From assembly GCA_009602725.1 (NCBI GenBank), contig WELB01000007.1, forward strand, positions 355,187-419,115: a DNA stretch of 63,929 nt. Reading direction: 5' to 3'. A program made the position numbers and the translations under genes. Below, piece after piece: positions 33,601-48,001 of the stretch (positions are counted from its first letter, which is position 1; the number at the start of each line of letters is the position of its first letter). Below the pieces are notes generated by a model that was not told where the DNA came from, made no database searches, and worked only from the letters and a program-made list of their open reading frames with translations. The DNA is from Spirogloea muscicola (lineage: Eukaryota).

Positions 33601-36600
33601 CAATTTTAGCAGGTGAAGGCAACACTGTCTGGCCCAAAAGCTGCAAAACAAGCAGCAGAGGAGGCCCAGGCAGTGGCTTATCAGGGGCAGGCCCTTTTCA
33701 ATCTTCAAGACTCCAACAAGGTTCGTACACGCTATCTTGGCTTTTGGCTTGTCATCTGCACACAATATTGCAGCAAATTCTATTGTTCATTCAGTAATCA
33801 GATCAGCTCATCAGCATCAATCTGATACTGCTCACTCCTTCATGTCTGTCAGGAAGAGCGAGAAAAGCACCTCTGCCGAAGACTTAAATTTGAGGAACCA
33901 AGACCGGAGCACGCAGTGGAGCTTGAGGTCAAGCCGCCAAGAGCACCCAATTCAGGCGTGATGATCAAATAGTAGTAGTTACTGTAAATCCTCAAAGGCA
34001 GCTTGCGTAGTTGAAAACCTGACCTCCAGCACCACATATTGCATCACATTGTGGAATATCCAGGAGTACACCATGTTGTGTCAAGGCTGCTTGCAAAACA
34101 GCTAGCTGAGTGCATTGTGTGATGGCAGGTGGACATGGCACCAGTCTTTCGTGAGGATCTGGTGAAGAAATTGTGCAGCAAAGACTTCAAGATTCAAGTG
34201 GGAGGAATTGATATGCTGCAAAGGGTGAGATTATCAATTACAATATCAATTTATTATTGCAGTGAGCCTTGTGACCCCGTGCATTGAAGTGACAAGCAAG
34301 GGGTTTGACACATGCTGTGCACTCTATTCTCACAGGAGCTTGGCGAGAATGTGGAAGGAAGTATTCAAGTGATTGACCTTGTCTTACGTTGGATCACTTT
34401 GCGCCTCTGCGAGTCCAACACAACCTCATTGCTGAAGGTCTCCACCGGTTGCTGAAGCAGATTCTTGTTATGGACTCTGACTACATATACCGCTGGTTGA
34501 TTGACCACAGGTTATTGGATATCTTGTTGGATGGTGCCGCTACCGCTGAGAATTGCAATTTCTGGACTTCTCTATGCAGGTCCTTGAATTTCTTCCACAA
34601 TTGGTAGACTGTCTCAAGAAGGAGAGTTACACACTTACTGATGCAGAGGCAAACATCTTCATCCCCTGCCTTGTTGAGAAGGTAGGCACAAGCTGTATTG
34701 AAGCGTGTTTGTCACTGCTTGATTGAGCTGTAGCTGATGCTCCTGCACATGAGCTTGACCATGCACAAGATGTTCGACTTGCCCCTCACTCTACCTAGAA
34801 TGTGGCTCTGTGTTATCATGCAGCTTGGCCACAACATATCAAATGTGAGAGAGAAGATGAGGGAGCTTATGCGCAACCTTTGCTGCCTTTATCCAGCATC
34901 TAAAGTGTTCGCATTCATTGTTGATGGTTTGAAGTCAAAGAATAACCGGACACGAGTTGAATGTGTTGAGCACATTGAAGCCATGATTGAGCGACATGGA
35001 GTTGAGGTCCGACTTTGCCTCTTGTCATTGTCGTAGCTGTGTACGATGTTGATAGCAACCATAGCATCTGTGTTGCAACATAGGAGCCATATTGTGCACC
35101 AAGTGGCTGCCAGAATGTGTGTTTGTTGAAAGCTCAATAACAAGGGTTCACAGCAAAATGCAAGATGCTGTATGTGCGGGCGAATGAAGTGAGCCAAATA
35201 GTGGAAGCTTCATTCAGCAGACTTCTGTGCTTGAAGCTTGCAGTTGAGTTGTGGTGCACAAGCAGATTGTGGGTTCCACAAAAGCTCTTGCAGCCATAGC
35301 GTCACTGTCCACAGAGAGGGATGCAGACCTTCGAAAAGCTGCACTGAATGCGCTCGCCACTGCATACACAATTCTTGGTACGTGCTTCTCCTCGTCCTTT
35401 GTGGGGGCTATGCTTGCAGGCACGAAAGCTCTAGCTCTTATGATATGAAATAAGCAGACATTTCAAGGTGTCAAGGTAGGATGTCTGATGCTAAAAGCAG
35501 GTCTTACTTGTGTAGAGGTAATCACTTTAAATGAGAGACCGGAGGATAGTTAGATCGATATGCTGGAAATTGCACATATATTTACTTATCTTCTGGTCTA
35601 TTTCTTTTACGCTGAGTCAGTCTGAGTGAGCTCTGAGTGAGTTGGCCCTAAAGCCAATTTGGGATGAAAACAAGATATATTGACAGTTTTTTGTTGTAAT
35701 ACTCCCATGTTGTGCTCGCACAGCTTATTGAAGCTTTTCCAGTAGTCAAGGATCTCAAGCACAAAACGGAACTGTAATTGCTTAGAGAGCATAACTTGGC
35801 ACCTCCTTGAACAGGTGATGATGTATGGAAGCACATCGGAAAAGTCTCCGAGACACAGAAGGAACTTATTGAGGACAAATTTAAATGGAAGGTACTGGAG
35901 GGTCCCGGTATTCTGGATCCCAGCATTGCTCCATCGCTCATCGGAGCCTTTGCAGCCCTTGTTGCAATACCGACTGTTGAGGAACTCACTGGATGCAGGT
36001 GAAGGAGATGCAGAAGAAGAACGAGGGCATGCCAGGAGATGGGCGTGCTGCTCTGAGACGATCGCAAGAAACGTGGGCGCTGCCACTTCTTTTAGGAGAT
36101 CCTGTTTGCTGATAGGTGCTCAGTTTGCCTTGTGAGCTTGTCCTGGTCAGGCTCGTTAGCATCCTCAAGACTGACACATAGAAAGCATGTTGGTTGTTGC
36201 AATGAACAGGGGCCTTGTTGCCAACGAGACAACAGAGGTGATGTCAGACCAAAAAGTGCAGATGCAGCATACCTGGCCAAGATCTGCAAGAGACGGTCCA
36301 AGCAACAGCGAGTCTCCCGAGTACGCATCTGCACACTCTTTGTATTGCTGAGCTCTAATAGCGACAAAGAGAATGCTGCAGTCCAGGTTGTACTCCTGAT
36401 GGGCGAATTGTTGCTCTAATAATCTGCTATTACCTTCTGCATTGTGAAGCCCCTCATGCCGCCTTACATGGGCATGGGGTGTCGAAAGGGCAGCTGTATC
36501 TGAAACTGGCGCACAAACTGGTGCAGATGCTTGACTGACTCTGCATATGCTTGACAGTGTCTACATGGGTAGCACTGTATATGGATAACATCGGGTGCTA

Positions 36601-39600
36601 AGCAGAGCTTCATGCTCTTGTGCAGTCCGGAGACTGATTGGCAAATCGTGGCTCGATATGACTGGAATAAGGCGATGAATATGCTCGAGTTTGGGACAAC
36701 GCTTGAACAGGTGCAAGTGCAAGACTAATGGAGGTTCTTCGTGATGGCATCACTTTTTGCTTTCCCTTGGCGGACATCAATGATTTTAATAGCAGATGCT
36801 GAGATTAAGGATAGCTTAAACTGTTACTTGTGCAGGAGATCAATGGCATGAAGGTCATCATGCATGAGCTGACTAGAATCAGCGAGACGGTTGATTCTCA
36901 AGCCTTGGAAGAATGTGGTAGTGATGTTGACCACCTGACGAGCGTGCTGAGTGACAAGGTACAGTGCATAGTTGCACCTCTTTCAGCTCACTAAAGCATG
37001 GCAAAGCTCACTAAAGCATAGCAAAGATTGTATGACCAATCTTGCTGGGGTGCATATAGATGCCTGACTGCATCAACCTTTCCGGGCACTTGATGACATT
37101 GGATGAAGGGATCAATCCACCTCCTCCTGACTTGCGTCCTGGTTGACCTTTCATGACACATCTATGCCCTTCCAAAATTGCTGCCCTTACAAACATCTCC
37201 CGTGCCTTCTGCATTCAGGTATTGAAAGCTTTTTCAGAACAAGATCCACGAGCAGCTGTCAGGCTTTCCAAGTACAGCCTGAAGACGCTATTGTCTGTAA
37301 GTTGTAGCAAGTCTCTTCTCACATCCACGAGCATGTCGTCATTGCTCATCGCGTCATCTTATCACATGCTCATAGCTGTTGCTGACCTCACTAATTGATC
37401 ACCACCTGATTCAGCAGGTTCATTTGAATACAAGCTTGAGCTACTTGTTTGGGTCATTCAAGTTGACTCAATTGTAGAACAGCTTTAGATAGACTTTAAA
37501 GTCTTGCGGACTGATTGCTTTGGCATAGTTCACAGTGCCAACTGTAGTGACCATATGGGAAGAGATGGTGCGAAATCTGAGATGCCACGACTCGGTTGTG
37601 AACCGCTTAGATAGACTCTTGGGTCGTGTGGATCAATAGCTTTTACATACTTCACAAGTGACCATATCTGAAGAGGTGGTGCAGATATTCATGATGCCAC
37701 GACTAGCAAGGCGCGTTGGGACTGGAGCACTGCAAGCTTTGCTGGGGAATCTGATAATGTGGTTGATCAGTGATTGTGTTGCCGAAATGGAGGAGGGTTC
37801 AGAAGCCATCAGGAGGCTCAATTCTATCATCTTCAGAATACTGGTCGAGATTCCCAGATTACTCAGATTGTGAATGGCTGCTGTCAGCAATACGAGCTTG
37901 GCTTGTTTTTGCCAGTAACAGCTTGCTCTTTATTGTCATGCATGCTTGGTGCTTACTGCTTACTGCCTACTGACACACTGTCAGTGTCACAGGAAGCTGG
38001 TGACCCAACCACATTAGTCACTGCCCTCATTGGGCTATACCCGAGGGACGGTGAGAAGCCTGGATTTGGCCTTGCTACGGAAGCTTACCTTGGTCCTAGA
38101 GGAGAGAAGTTTAACTCCATCGTCATGAAGTGCCTCATGAAACTTTGCAAGGTACATTGGCTTTTTCACTGCCTTTTCATAGATAGCAGTGTGGGCAACG
38201 ATGGTATGCACCTGCTGTTGCCTTCACATTTGCTGTTTGTGGCACTATCCAACTTGATATGGCCTCCATGCATGACCGTGCCAAAGTGAACTTAGGCCTG
38301 AACATGTCAACTGGCTGATGAGCACTCCCCATGCAGGTATTTCCATCTCTCATTGGTGAACTCGATCTGGACTGTGTCCTCAAGTGCATCCATGACTTCT
38401 TGGATGTGATCAACCCAGACGACATGCGACAGAGGTTTGTCCTGCTGGCTTGCCTGCCACAACCTCCTAGAAGGACAGTCTTCATATGCCAGTGCTTGTA
38501 TTCCCTTCTAGCTTTGACAGTGGCCACGGCAAGGTCGAGGAAATGATAAGATGGGCCCTCAACTTTGGTTGACAGGGCTGCAGTCAATGACCAGCGTCTA
38601 GTGATGGTGAAGACAGTTCTCTTCGAGTTGTGCCGGGTACAGGGCCCGTCAATCAAGGGTTACCTGTCGCTTGTACCCCTCGACAGGATTCCTCCTCCTA
38701 CAATGCTCAATCTGATTGATCTCAATCTGCAGGTGAACATGATATTTTCTTTCATCACAGTAGAAGCAGCACATGTGTAAGGAGTCTCTGCAGGAATGTC
38801 AGCCAGGGTTTCCTGCAAAGTGTAAGCATAGCCGTTCTCTTTGTGACCCTAATGCTAGCCTGGCTTGGATACAGAGCCTTGCAGAGGGTCACATGTCTGG
38901 GAGTCGATTGGGGCCTAAGCATGCCACTTCTGACCCAGATATCAATATCAAGGTGCGTCTGCGGTGCTAAGAAGCATGTGCTAGCCTGCATTGTGGTCGT
39001 TGAGCAAGACTTCACCCCTGCTTTGCATAGCCGCTCTTTTCTTCAGGTAGCCACCTTCTATCTTCCTCCATCTTCCTCTATTCTGCATTCATTCTATCTT
39101 CCTTCTATCTTCCTCCTGTATTGCTCTGACAAAGCTAGCCGTTTGTCCATCTATTTGTCCATCAATTCTTGCCAGGAGAGGCTAGCAGTAATCATGAGGC
39201 GAGTAAGTGAGAAGAGGACTAGCATGGATGGCATGTATGAGCTGTACAAATTCAGGCAGCAGAATCCTCGAGTTGACATATTCTCTCATCTTCATAATAC
39301 AAGCGACACATTCCACTCCTTCATCCGCAACGGCCTCGCTCAGGTGATTGCACTGCAAGCAGTGGCTGATTACTGCAAGTAGCGAACGAATCTGGAAGAG
39401 CATGTTCACCCACTGTCATTCTTACCTCCCTCACTGCATTATCACTGTCCTCCATGAACCTGGATGCTTCTTTTGAGATTCCAGTTGCCCTGCAACAGGT
39501 TGAGGAGAACCTCTCTAGTAGGATGCCAGCAAACTCTGCTGCTCCTTTGACACCGCCCGCCGTCGACGCAGCAGAAGGCGACAGTTTAGAGCAGCCTGGT

Positions 39601-40168
39601 CAATTGGCACGCCCGCACAGCAGCACGAAGCTTGACAATTCATGCTCTCTGCCAACCGCCTCCCCTGCCCCTGGTCTGTTCATCACTCGTTCTGGTCCTC
39701 ATGCAACACTGTGGAGCTGACTCTGTACACTGATGTTGGTCCTGAGAATGCATGCAGGCTGTTGTAGGTCAGCAGAATAAGCAGAACTGGTTTACTTGTG
39801 CATTGTCCTCACCGTTTTGCATGTCTTCTAATCAAGGACTGCTGTGGCAGTATCAGCTTGTGCATGCTTGAGCTAATCGGACCTCCCATATCGCCATTGC
39901 AGGCACTCCAACCAATCTTGCAGTCCTCCTCGAGCGCATGCGCAGCATCCAGGCAGCAGTTGGTGCAGTACAGGGGGCTGCAGGGGTCCACCGAAATAAC
40001 CAGGATGTGCAACCCTTCGCGGCAGAGCAGAAGTCGGCGGAGCTTGGTGGCAGTCGGTTGCCTCTCATGAGTACAGACCGAGCTCAAACACGGGCCGTCA
40101 GTGCCTTCAGGCTACAGGCGCGCATGATGCATCTAAAAGAGGGAAGACAGCAGACTGAGACATCCTAG
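24689..40168 (+). CDS. MOR1: MOR1/XMAP215/ch-TOG microtubule polymerase, many short exons
   Basis: MATEEERLLAEAKRWPWEER..HRNWK start, TOG HEAT motifs (KWIERR, NWKERLE, SPEWKIR, HKNPKV, GLKSKNNRTRVEC), and a C-terminal LLERMRSIQ...LQARM tail typical of plant MOR1. The introns I checked are GT-AG. Confidence 0.93.
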
Positions 40169-41027
40169 CACTTGGAGGGCAGCGGGCTGTAAGAGCCCAG
40201 AAGTCCTGAGGCACCTGTGTCAAGCTTGACCAGCAACTTATAAGCAGCCAATACAAATACAAGTAGCAAAGGTGCAAATGAAAGTTGCTCAAGCAATTCG
40301 CCCTTGCTCTCCTTGTATGTGCAACTGTGCCTGTGTTTGCATCCACGAATAAAGTCACATCTCGTTACTTAGTCACTGATCTGGGGATTCATCCACTGGA
40401 TGTAGAGCATTGAAATAGCAAACGGCCTCTGCTGCGATTTTCTTGTTCTCGTGGGTTGACCAGTGGACCTACTGTCATAGATGAGAATCGCATAGCAAGA
40501 CCAGTCACACTTGTGTCACACTTTGCATGTCGTGGAGTGCAGAGGATGATGCTGATTGGGCCACTCACACCGTCCTGCCTCGCAGGGGAGGTTCAGTGCG
40601 ACCCTAAGAGTCATGTACTGTGGCTTGTGGGAGCTCAGCTTAGTCAAGCTCTCAGAAACGTGAGCTGCATTAGGTGAATGTGCTTGGTGTAGTTAATATT
40701 TTTTCGACACATTGTTGCTGCTGAGGAGCGCCACAAGTTTCCATGGGTTGCAGCTTGCTCCTTCCATGCGGATGAGCCAAAACATCCCAGTCAAACAAGA
40801 GGCCGCCTGAGGTGGGCAGAGTGACAGCTACAGCGTTGCCCAGTGCTTAGCTTTGACTTTTGTAGGCTTTGGCCTTCCCTATGAATGTCCTTCAAAAGAA
40901 GCATCTGGTGGTATGAGTGACAGATGCGCTCCCCAGCATGTAAGATAGCCTTCAACCAAGTTGCCTGCTATCTACTTCGCAAATGAGCACCAAGCCTGTC
41001 TAAAGCAGTGGCGCTAAGAATGAGTAG

Positions 41028-42434
41028 TCAAGACCCATCAATGTCAGAGGGGCGGCCCTGTCGGAAGCGGTGGGCGCGGAACGGCGGCCGCCCAACGCTG
41101 GTGAAGGGCAGCAACCCGAGTGCGCGTGCCGTTTTCACCTCCCGCACCATCTTTCGCTGGGCCTTGGCACTCACTCTTGTCTGCGCCGGGAGCATCAATA
41201 TACTCGGCATCAGGTCGAAGCAGAGGATTCATTTTATGTTGAAGAGACAAGTTGGCATTGACTGCAATCAATAAGCTTCTCCGTGTCAGCTTGCAGCGAG
41301 GCACATTGCACAAGCTGCCAATTGCAGAAGCTAAGCGTGCACCTGTCGCCGCGGGACAAGGTTCCCCGTGTCCGTGAGATAGTTCGCCAGGAATCGCACA
41401 TTCTGTACCACCAAGGATGCCCATCAGAAAAGCATAGGTGTAAATGTATGCGTATGTCCACACATTCCTCCGCCTATGCGTGCCCGAGGCTTGACTGCCT
41501 GCTGACTCGCGGCTCTTCAGCGGCAGTGCTCGAGCTGAGCACTTTGCTAAGACCGCTCTGACAGCGGGCTCGGCCAGCGGCACGGTGTGCAGAGGCTCCT
41601 GCGGTACGCTGCCAAAGTAGGACTGCCAGCCTGCCGCTGGAAGCCCAAACCTAATGCCCACACGACTAGGCGGCAGCAGCAGCAGCGGCAGGGGCAAGCC
41701 AGTACCCGAAAGTCAGCTTGGTCCAGCACGGTGCGCGTGGTGTGAACGGCACGCTGCTTCTTCACCACCATAGGCTTCGCCGCTGGCAGCTTGGTGAGGT
41801 CCAGATCCTGCGAGGAGGGGCAAAGCGGGCGCACAGTGTCACGGGCAAGAGCGGCGCAGAGACGGAGCACGGCGCGCTAACAGCGGCTGCCGCGGCGCAC
41901 CTCGAGGTCGTAGGACTGGCCGGGGAAGAAAAGGCGCTCGGGGCGGTACTGGAACGGCTTCGCGGCGGAGTCGTCGAGGTCCACCACCTCCATGGCCGCC
42001 AGCGCCGCTTCGGTCATCGCGCCGCCGCCAGCGGGTGCCGCCAGCTGCGCCTCGTCCTCCTCGTCCCCATCCTCGGCCACGTCCCTGGCGCCGTGGCGCC
42101 GATCTGTGTCCCACCCGAGACGGCCATTGCCGCCGCCGCCGTCGTCCCCCACCTCCTCGCCCTCGTCGAGCTCCCGTAGCTGGCCTCGGCCGCTGGCGGA
42201 GCTTCCCACGGGCCGGCGGCCCTCCAGCTCGTCGTCGGCAGCCATCCGGCCCTCAGCCTCCCGGAGCAGGCGCAGAAACTCCCGGCGCTGGCTCTCGCCC
42301 AGCGCCGACTGCGGCCTGCGGTCGCCGGCGGCCCCAGGTTCTCCGGCGGCGGCTGCGGCGGCTCTGCCCGGCAGGCGGTCCGCGCTCCTGGCCCTCGCCG
42401 CCCGCTCTGTGCCGAAACTGCCCGCGTTCAGCCC

Positions 42435-42437
<3 letters not shown>
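41028..42437 (-). CDS. rps18: Nuclear-encoded organellar (probably mitochondrial) ribosomal protein S18 with long N-terminal extension, 5' end lost at gap
   Basis: Exons ...KPFQYRPERLFFPGQSYDLE|DLDL...TTRTVLDQADFR|NVRFLANYLTDTGNLVPRRQ|TRVSAKAQRKMVREVKTARALGLLPFT, the bS18 signature. Confidence 0.85.
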
Positions 42438-42501
<64 letters not shown>

Positions 42502-43478
42502 NNNNNNNNNNNNNNNNNNNNNNNNNNNNNNNNNNNNNNNNNNNNNNNNNNNNNNNNNNNNNNNNNNNNNNNNNNNNNNNNNNNNNNNNNNNNNNNNNNN
42601 NNNNNNNNNNNNNNNNNNNNNNNNNNNNNNNNNNNNNNNNNNNNNNNNNNNNNNNNNNNNNNNNNNNNNNNNNNNNNNNNNNNNNNNNNNNNNNNNNNNN
42701 NNNNNNNNNNNNNNNNNNNNNNNNNNNNNNNNNNNNNNNNNNNNNNNNNNNNNNNNNNNNNNNNNNNNNNNNNNNNNNNNNNNNNNNNNNNNNNNNNNNN
42801 NNNNNNNNNNNNNNNNNNNNNNNNNNNNNNNNNNNNNNNNNNNNNNNNNNNNNNNNNNNNNNNNNNNNNNNNNNNNNNNNNNNNNNNNNNNNNNNNNNNN
42901 NNNNNNNNNNNNNNNNNNNNNNNNNNNNNNNNNNNNNNNNNNNNNNNNNNNNNNNNNNNNNNNNNNNNNNNNNNNNNNNNNNNNNNNNNNNNNNNNNNNN
43001 NNNNNNNNNNNNNNNNNNNNNNNNNNNNNNNNNNNNNNNNNNNNNNNNNNNNNNNNNNNNNNNNNNNNNNNNNNNNNNNNNNNNNNNNNNNNNNNNNNNN
43101 NNNNNNNNNNNNNNNNNNNNNNNNNNNNNNNNNNNNNNNNNNNNNNNNNNNNNNNNNNNNNNNNNNNNNNNNNNNNNNNNNNNNNNNNNNNNNNNNNNNN
43201 NNNNNNNNNNNNNNNNNNNNNNNNNNNNNNNNNNNNNNNNNNNNNNNNNNNNNNNNNNNNNNNNNNNNNNNNNNNNNNNNNNNNNNNNNNNNNNNNNNNN
43301 NNNNNNNNNNNNNNNNNNNNNNNNNNNNNNNNNNNNNNNNNNNNNNNNNNNNNNNNNNNNNNNNNNNNNNNNNNNNNNNNNNNNNNNNNNNNNNNNNNNN
43401 NNNNNNNNNNNNNNNNNNNNNNNNNNNNNNNNNNNNNNNNNNNNNNNNNNNNNNNNNNNNNNNNNNNNNNNNNNNNNN
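42438..43478. other. Poly-T run plus assembly gap spanning the head-to-head S18/DCAF13 start region
   Basis: 64 T followed by an N run, with GC-rich flanks. Confidence 0.95.
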
Positions 43479-43573
43479 GCCGCCGCCGCTGCCGCCGCCG
43501 CCGCCGCGGCCGCCGACACCGCAGCCAGACCGAGGGCTCAGCCGGCGCCGGCGCCGCTGCCGACGGCGCTCAG

Positions 43574-46500
43574 GTGTTTGCGAAGCCGTTTGTGGGCGCG
43601 CTCGAGGGCCACCGCGATGGCGTGGCGTGCCTTGCCCGCAGCCCCGCGGCGCTCGCCATCCTCCTCTCCGGCGCCATGGACGGAGGTGCGGCCGCACCGC
43701 AGCCCCTCGTCTGGGACCATGGCCGGGCCGCCGTCGGCTGCCCCTGCTGACTGCCTGCCTGCCGCTGTCTTGGTTCTGGCTGCGCCGCAGATGTGCGGCT
43801 GTGGGACCTCGCCAACAGGTGAGCTTCATCGGCTAAACCGTCTGTGGAGGTCCAGTGATGGCGCCTGTTCGTTCGGGCCTCCGGCTGCCAGTGGTTCCAA
43901 CAGCGTTGCGCTTCTCCGGCTCGGCCGCTGGGCTCGCAGGAGGACCGTTGCCAGCCTCCGCGGCCACCGCGGCGCCGTCCGCGGTGTCGCCATCGCGCCG
44001 GACGGCCTGCACGCTCTCTCCTGCGGTGACGACTGCACGTGGGTGCTCCGCAGTCGTGCCTCTGCACCCTCGCTTGCGCATCACCACGAGTGCCACGGCG
44101 CCGAGATAGCTGTGGTGCTGATGGCGTGCTCTGCGCGGCGGCGGTTGATGCGCTAGCGTCCGACTTTGGAGCATGCCGGCACCGGAGATGGGCAACTTTG
44201 CTGGCAGCAGCGGCGGCGGCGCTGCTAAGCAGGAGGTGCAGACCCTAGCCTCGCCCATTCGATGACCACTCCAGCTTTAAGGATTGGCCGCTTGCTCAGG
44301 CCGCCAAGTGGGCCAGTGATGGGAGGCCGCTATTGCGCGAGCGTGGTCAGGTCAAGTCCCTCTGCTTGGGATTCTTGTGATGAGTAGGTTATCAGGGAGT
44401 ACAGTTAAGGCGTGCAGGCGTGCAGCTCTCAACGACTCATGTGCTTGCCTTGCGCTCTTGTTGCAGGCGGTGACGATATTCCAGGGCCGCAACTCCTTCC
44501 GGTGAGCTGTTCAATGGCGCCCCAGTACACAGAGTAACCCCGGTGACGGCAGCGTTGCAGAGGGCATAACACTTACATGCAACAAGCACGAGCGTGGGCG
44601 GGCTGGGCTGGCGTCTTGGGGGCACAGAGCCGTGGACCACAGGTCGAAGGGCAGCACGTTTGTGACAGCGGGCGCCCAGGTCGACGTCTGGGACCAGAAC
44701 CGGTATGTCGGCATGTCGGTGCAACCCCAGCAGCCCGGAAGCGAATAAGTAGGCTGCAGCGGTGCTGCTACTGCACATTAAATGATGTGGCTGCAATTAT
44801 CACGTGGTCTTTTAAAGGGTTTGCCTATATCTTGACGAATGGATATCGCATCCCGGTTTTTTGCTGACCTGCCTCTTTTGCCGCCCGGGCATAGTCAGGT
44901 CGGAGCCAGTGCAGACGTTCTCGTGGGGCGCCGACACCGTGGTGTCTGTGCGCTGCAACCCTGCAGAGCCTGACATCTTCGCCTCCACAGCCTCGTGCGT
45001 GCCCCCCTGCCGATGCCTTGCTGACCACCCACAGATCTGACCGTGAATTTCCACTGACCTCGTTGCTGTCGTAGCCTAATTGCTGCTGCTGCGTTTCTGT
45101 GCCATGGCTTTACTGGCTGCACTGCTGGCTCCCCAGTCAGGTGTTGTCAAGGTTGTTGAGCTCACCACGTGGCATGCGCGTACCCACATTCTCTTTCAGG
45201 GACCGGAGCATTGCTCTGTATGACGTGCGCATGGGCACCCCGCTACGCAAGCTCGTCATGCAGGTGAGCTTGCAGTTGACTCTCTGATATACGGTGTTGT
45301 CGGTGGGAGACAGGTATGGAGAAGTCTTTGTATGATGCACAGTCTTCACAACAGCAGTCCAAGGCTGCTGTAAGCAATGCAGAAGTGAGGTATGCGGCGC
45401 TCGTTGGACGTCCGCTCTTGCTTGACTGAATGCAAGCACTCCTGACTGGCCGCGTGCGGCACCCTGTCAGACAAGGACAAATGCAGTCGCCTGGAACCCC
45501 CGCGAACCGTTCAACTTTGTCGCTGTACGTCACCATTGTGTCTCATGTCTCATCTTGGCCTGAAGCTGCAGCAGAGTGACACTAGGCCTGCCCGCTGATG
45601 ACTTGGAACGTTATCAGCGGCAGAGTGGCATGTCTAGTGACTGGAGTGGAGAGCAGCCAAGATGGTGGAAGCGACTTGCCTTCACAGACTGAGCTTGACC
45701 AGACTGTAGACTTTGAACTCCCCCTCCGAGTCCTCCCCCAAAGTCCTGGTGTAAAGTCTTTACTCACTGTGCATGCAGGCCAACGAGGACTGCCGGTGCT
45801 ATACATATGACATGCGCAAGCTCAAGACTGCGCTGTGCGTTCACGAGGATCATGTGTCCGCCGTGTAAGTGAGCTCACATCTTGCGCCCTCATCCTTGCA
45901 CAGAAATGTCTTGTCACCTGGCATTTGTCACAGAATCAACTGTCATTCAGCTCAATGTCATGCTCAGACACATATGATTGCTCCCTTGGATGATACACAC
46001 TAATGCGCAGCCTTTGCTATGTGCTGGCTTGTTGTGGCTTTGGTGTCTGCAGGATGGACGTAGATTTCTCCCCCACTGGAAGAGAGTTTGTCACTGGCTC
46101 ATACGATCGAACCGTTAGTCCACGCGCACGCTACCTTTGCATGTTGCCAGAGCTAAGTCTGTTGCCTCAACGATCTTGTTGCGAGCGTGTGCTGCAGCGT
46201 CCCTTAGGTAGGCCACAATTGTGTTGTGATGCCCAGGTGCGCATCTTTCCATACAATGGGGGCCACAGCCGGGAGGTCTATCATACCAAGCGGATGCAGC
46301 GGTACGGAGGCATTGCAGCTCGCCATGCAGATTTGAGTGTTCTGATGCATCCTCAGCGCAAATGTGCAGCAGTTGTTTAAAATTGCACTTTGAAGAGAAA
46401 CTCTGACCTCTTATATGACCCTTGTGATGCTGGCTGTGCAGGGTCTTCAGTGTGCGCTTCAGCGGTGATGCCACGTATATCCTGTCTGGCAGCGATGACA

Positions 46501-47255
46501 CCAACATTCGCCTGTGGAAGGCCAAGGCTTCGCAGCAGATGGGCGTGGTGGGTCCCATTGTCTTCGGTCTTGCCTGCTCAGCCTCATCCTGGCAGCTCTT
46601 TGACTCAATGCGGCAGGGAAAGTGATATCTGCAACCACAGAAAGATGGTATCAATTTATGTCGTCTTTGTGCTCAGATCAGTGGATGATGAAGTGAAGCT
46701 GGCCATAGCCATGCTCTTTTGGGCTACAGAGCTGACCCGTGGTGCTACTTATGCCTTGTGCAGTTGCTTCCTAGGGAGAGGAAGAAGCAGGCGTACATGG
46801 AGGCTGTCAAGAATCGCTACAAGCACCTCCCAGAGATCAAGCGCATTGACAGGTCCGAAGCCAGCCCTTGGCTCAGTGCATGTTTTTGGGTTTTGCCCCA
46901 TGACTGTGCTTTGTGGCCACCACCGAACTGCAAATAGTGACAGCTTAGACGTGTTGACAGATACAATAATCTGAATGCTACATGACTGCATTCGAGCTGC
47001 AGCTGAAACCTGGTATTGCCGTGGCGGAGATCACACAGTATTGTTGAGGCTGCATGGTGATGGAGGCTACGTACGAGCTCTCTCATGTGCAGGCACAGGC
47101 ACCTGCCCAAGCCCATCTACAAGGTGGAGAAGCTACGGCACACGATGAGGGATGCAGAGCGCGCCAAGGATGCACGAAGGCGGGAGCACAGTGCACCAGG
47201 CTCAGTGCCACACCCGCCCGCAAGGAAGAAGCGGATTGTAGCGGAGCTGGAGTGA
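43574..47255 (+). CDS. DCAF13: DCAF13/SOF1/WDSOF1 WD40 U3 snoRNP (SSU processome) protein, 5' part in gap
   Basis: VFAKPFVGALEGHRDGV, GHRGAVRG, DRSIALYDVR, TRTNAVAWNP, ANED..YTYDMRKL, MDVDFSPTGREFVTGSYDRT, GHSREVYHTKRMQR and the Sof1 C-terminal HLPEIKRIDRHRHLPK. Confidence 0.95.
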
Positions 47256-48001
47256 TCAACCTTTATGCCCTGTTAGCATTCAAGGCGCCCTGTTAGCATT
47301 CAAGGCTGAAGTCCAGCAAGACTTATCCTCCGTCTGGCACAATCGCTGGGGCCATGATCCTTGACTGCGTTGACTGGGCTCAACAAGCACTCGTAAGTGG
47401 ATAGCCAATGTTTGCTTGATCAGGCAGCCTTTCATGCTTTGCTGGAAATCTGTTTGTCAAGATATATCTTTGGCATCAATGATGTCATCACTGCAAGGTG
47501 CAGGTACCTTGGGCTCCTCGTCAGCTTGGTGGAGTGGGGCTACCACCTTGCCCATACATGGCCTGCATTTTGCAGTCGACTATTCTGCCTTGTGATCCTT
47601 CCACGCTGACCGTAGCAGTGTGCTATTGGATATGGTGCTGCCTTGTCATTCAGTTGGCCAGCCAGCGTCTCCCTTAACACGTGAACACAATTCAATCTTG
47701 GAATACAAAGGAACAGGGCATGTGTGCCTTGCAAGCCAAATATGAATATTGTTTGGAGGAGTATATGGAATTGTACTCTAGCAAGCAGGTGCGTGAAGAC
47801 AACAGGATGGAATTGCTCAATCGCAGGTAGGCAGGCAAACGCGGTTTTGGACAAGCTTGATGTGTCAGCGATTGTGTGCAGGATGTGTGATTCTCTGAGC
47901 ATGCTATCCCCAGTACTGTGTTGGAAAAGGAGGTACCCATAGCAATCTGCTAGTCTGACAACAGCATGTAGTTGGTGTTATTGCTACTAGCAATAATTTA
48001 T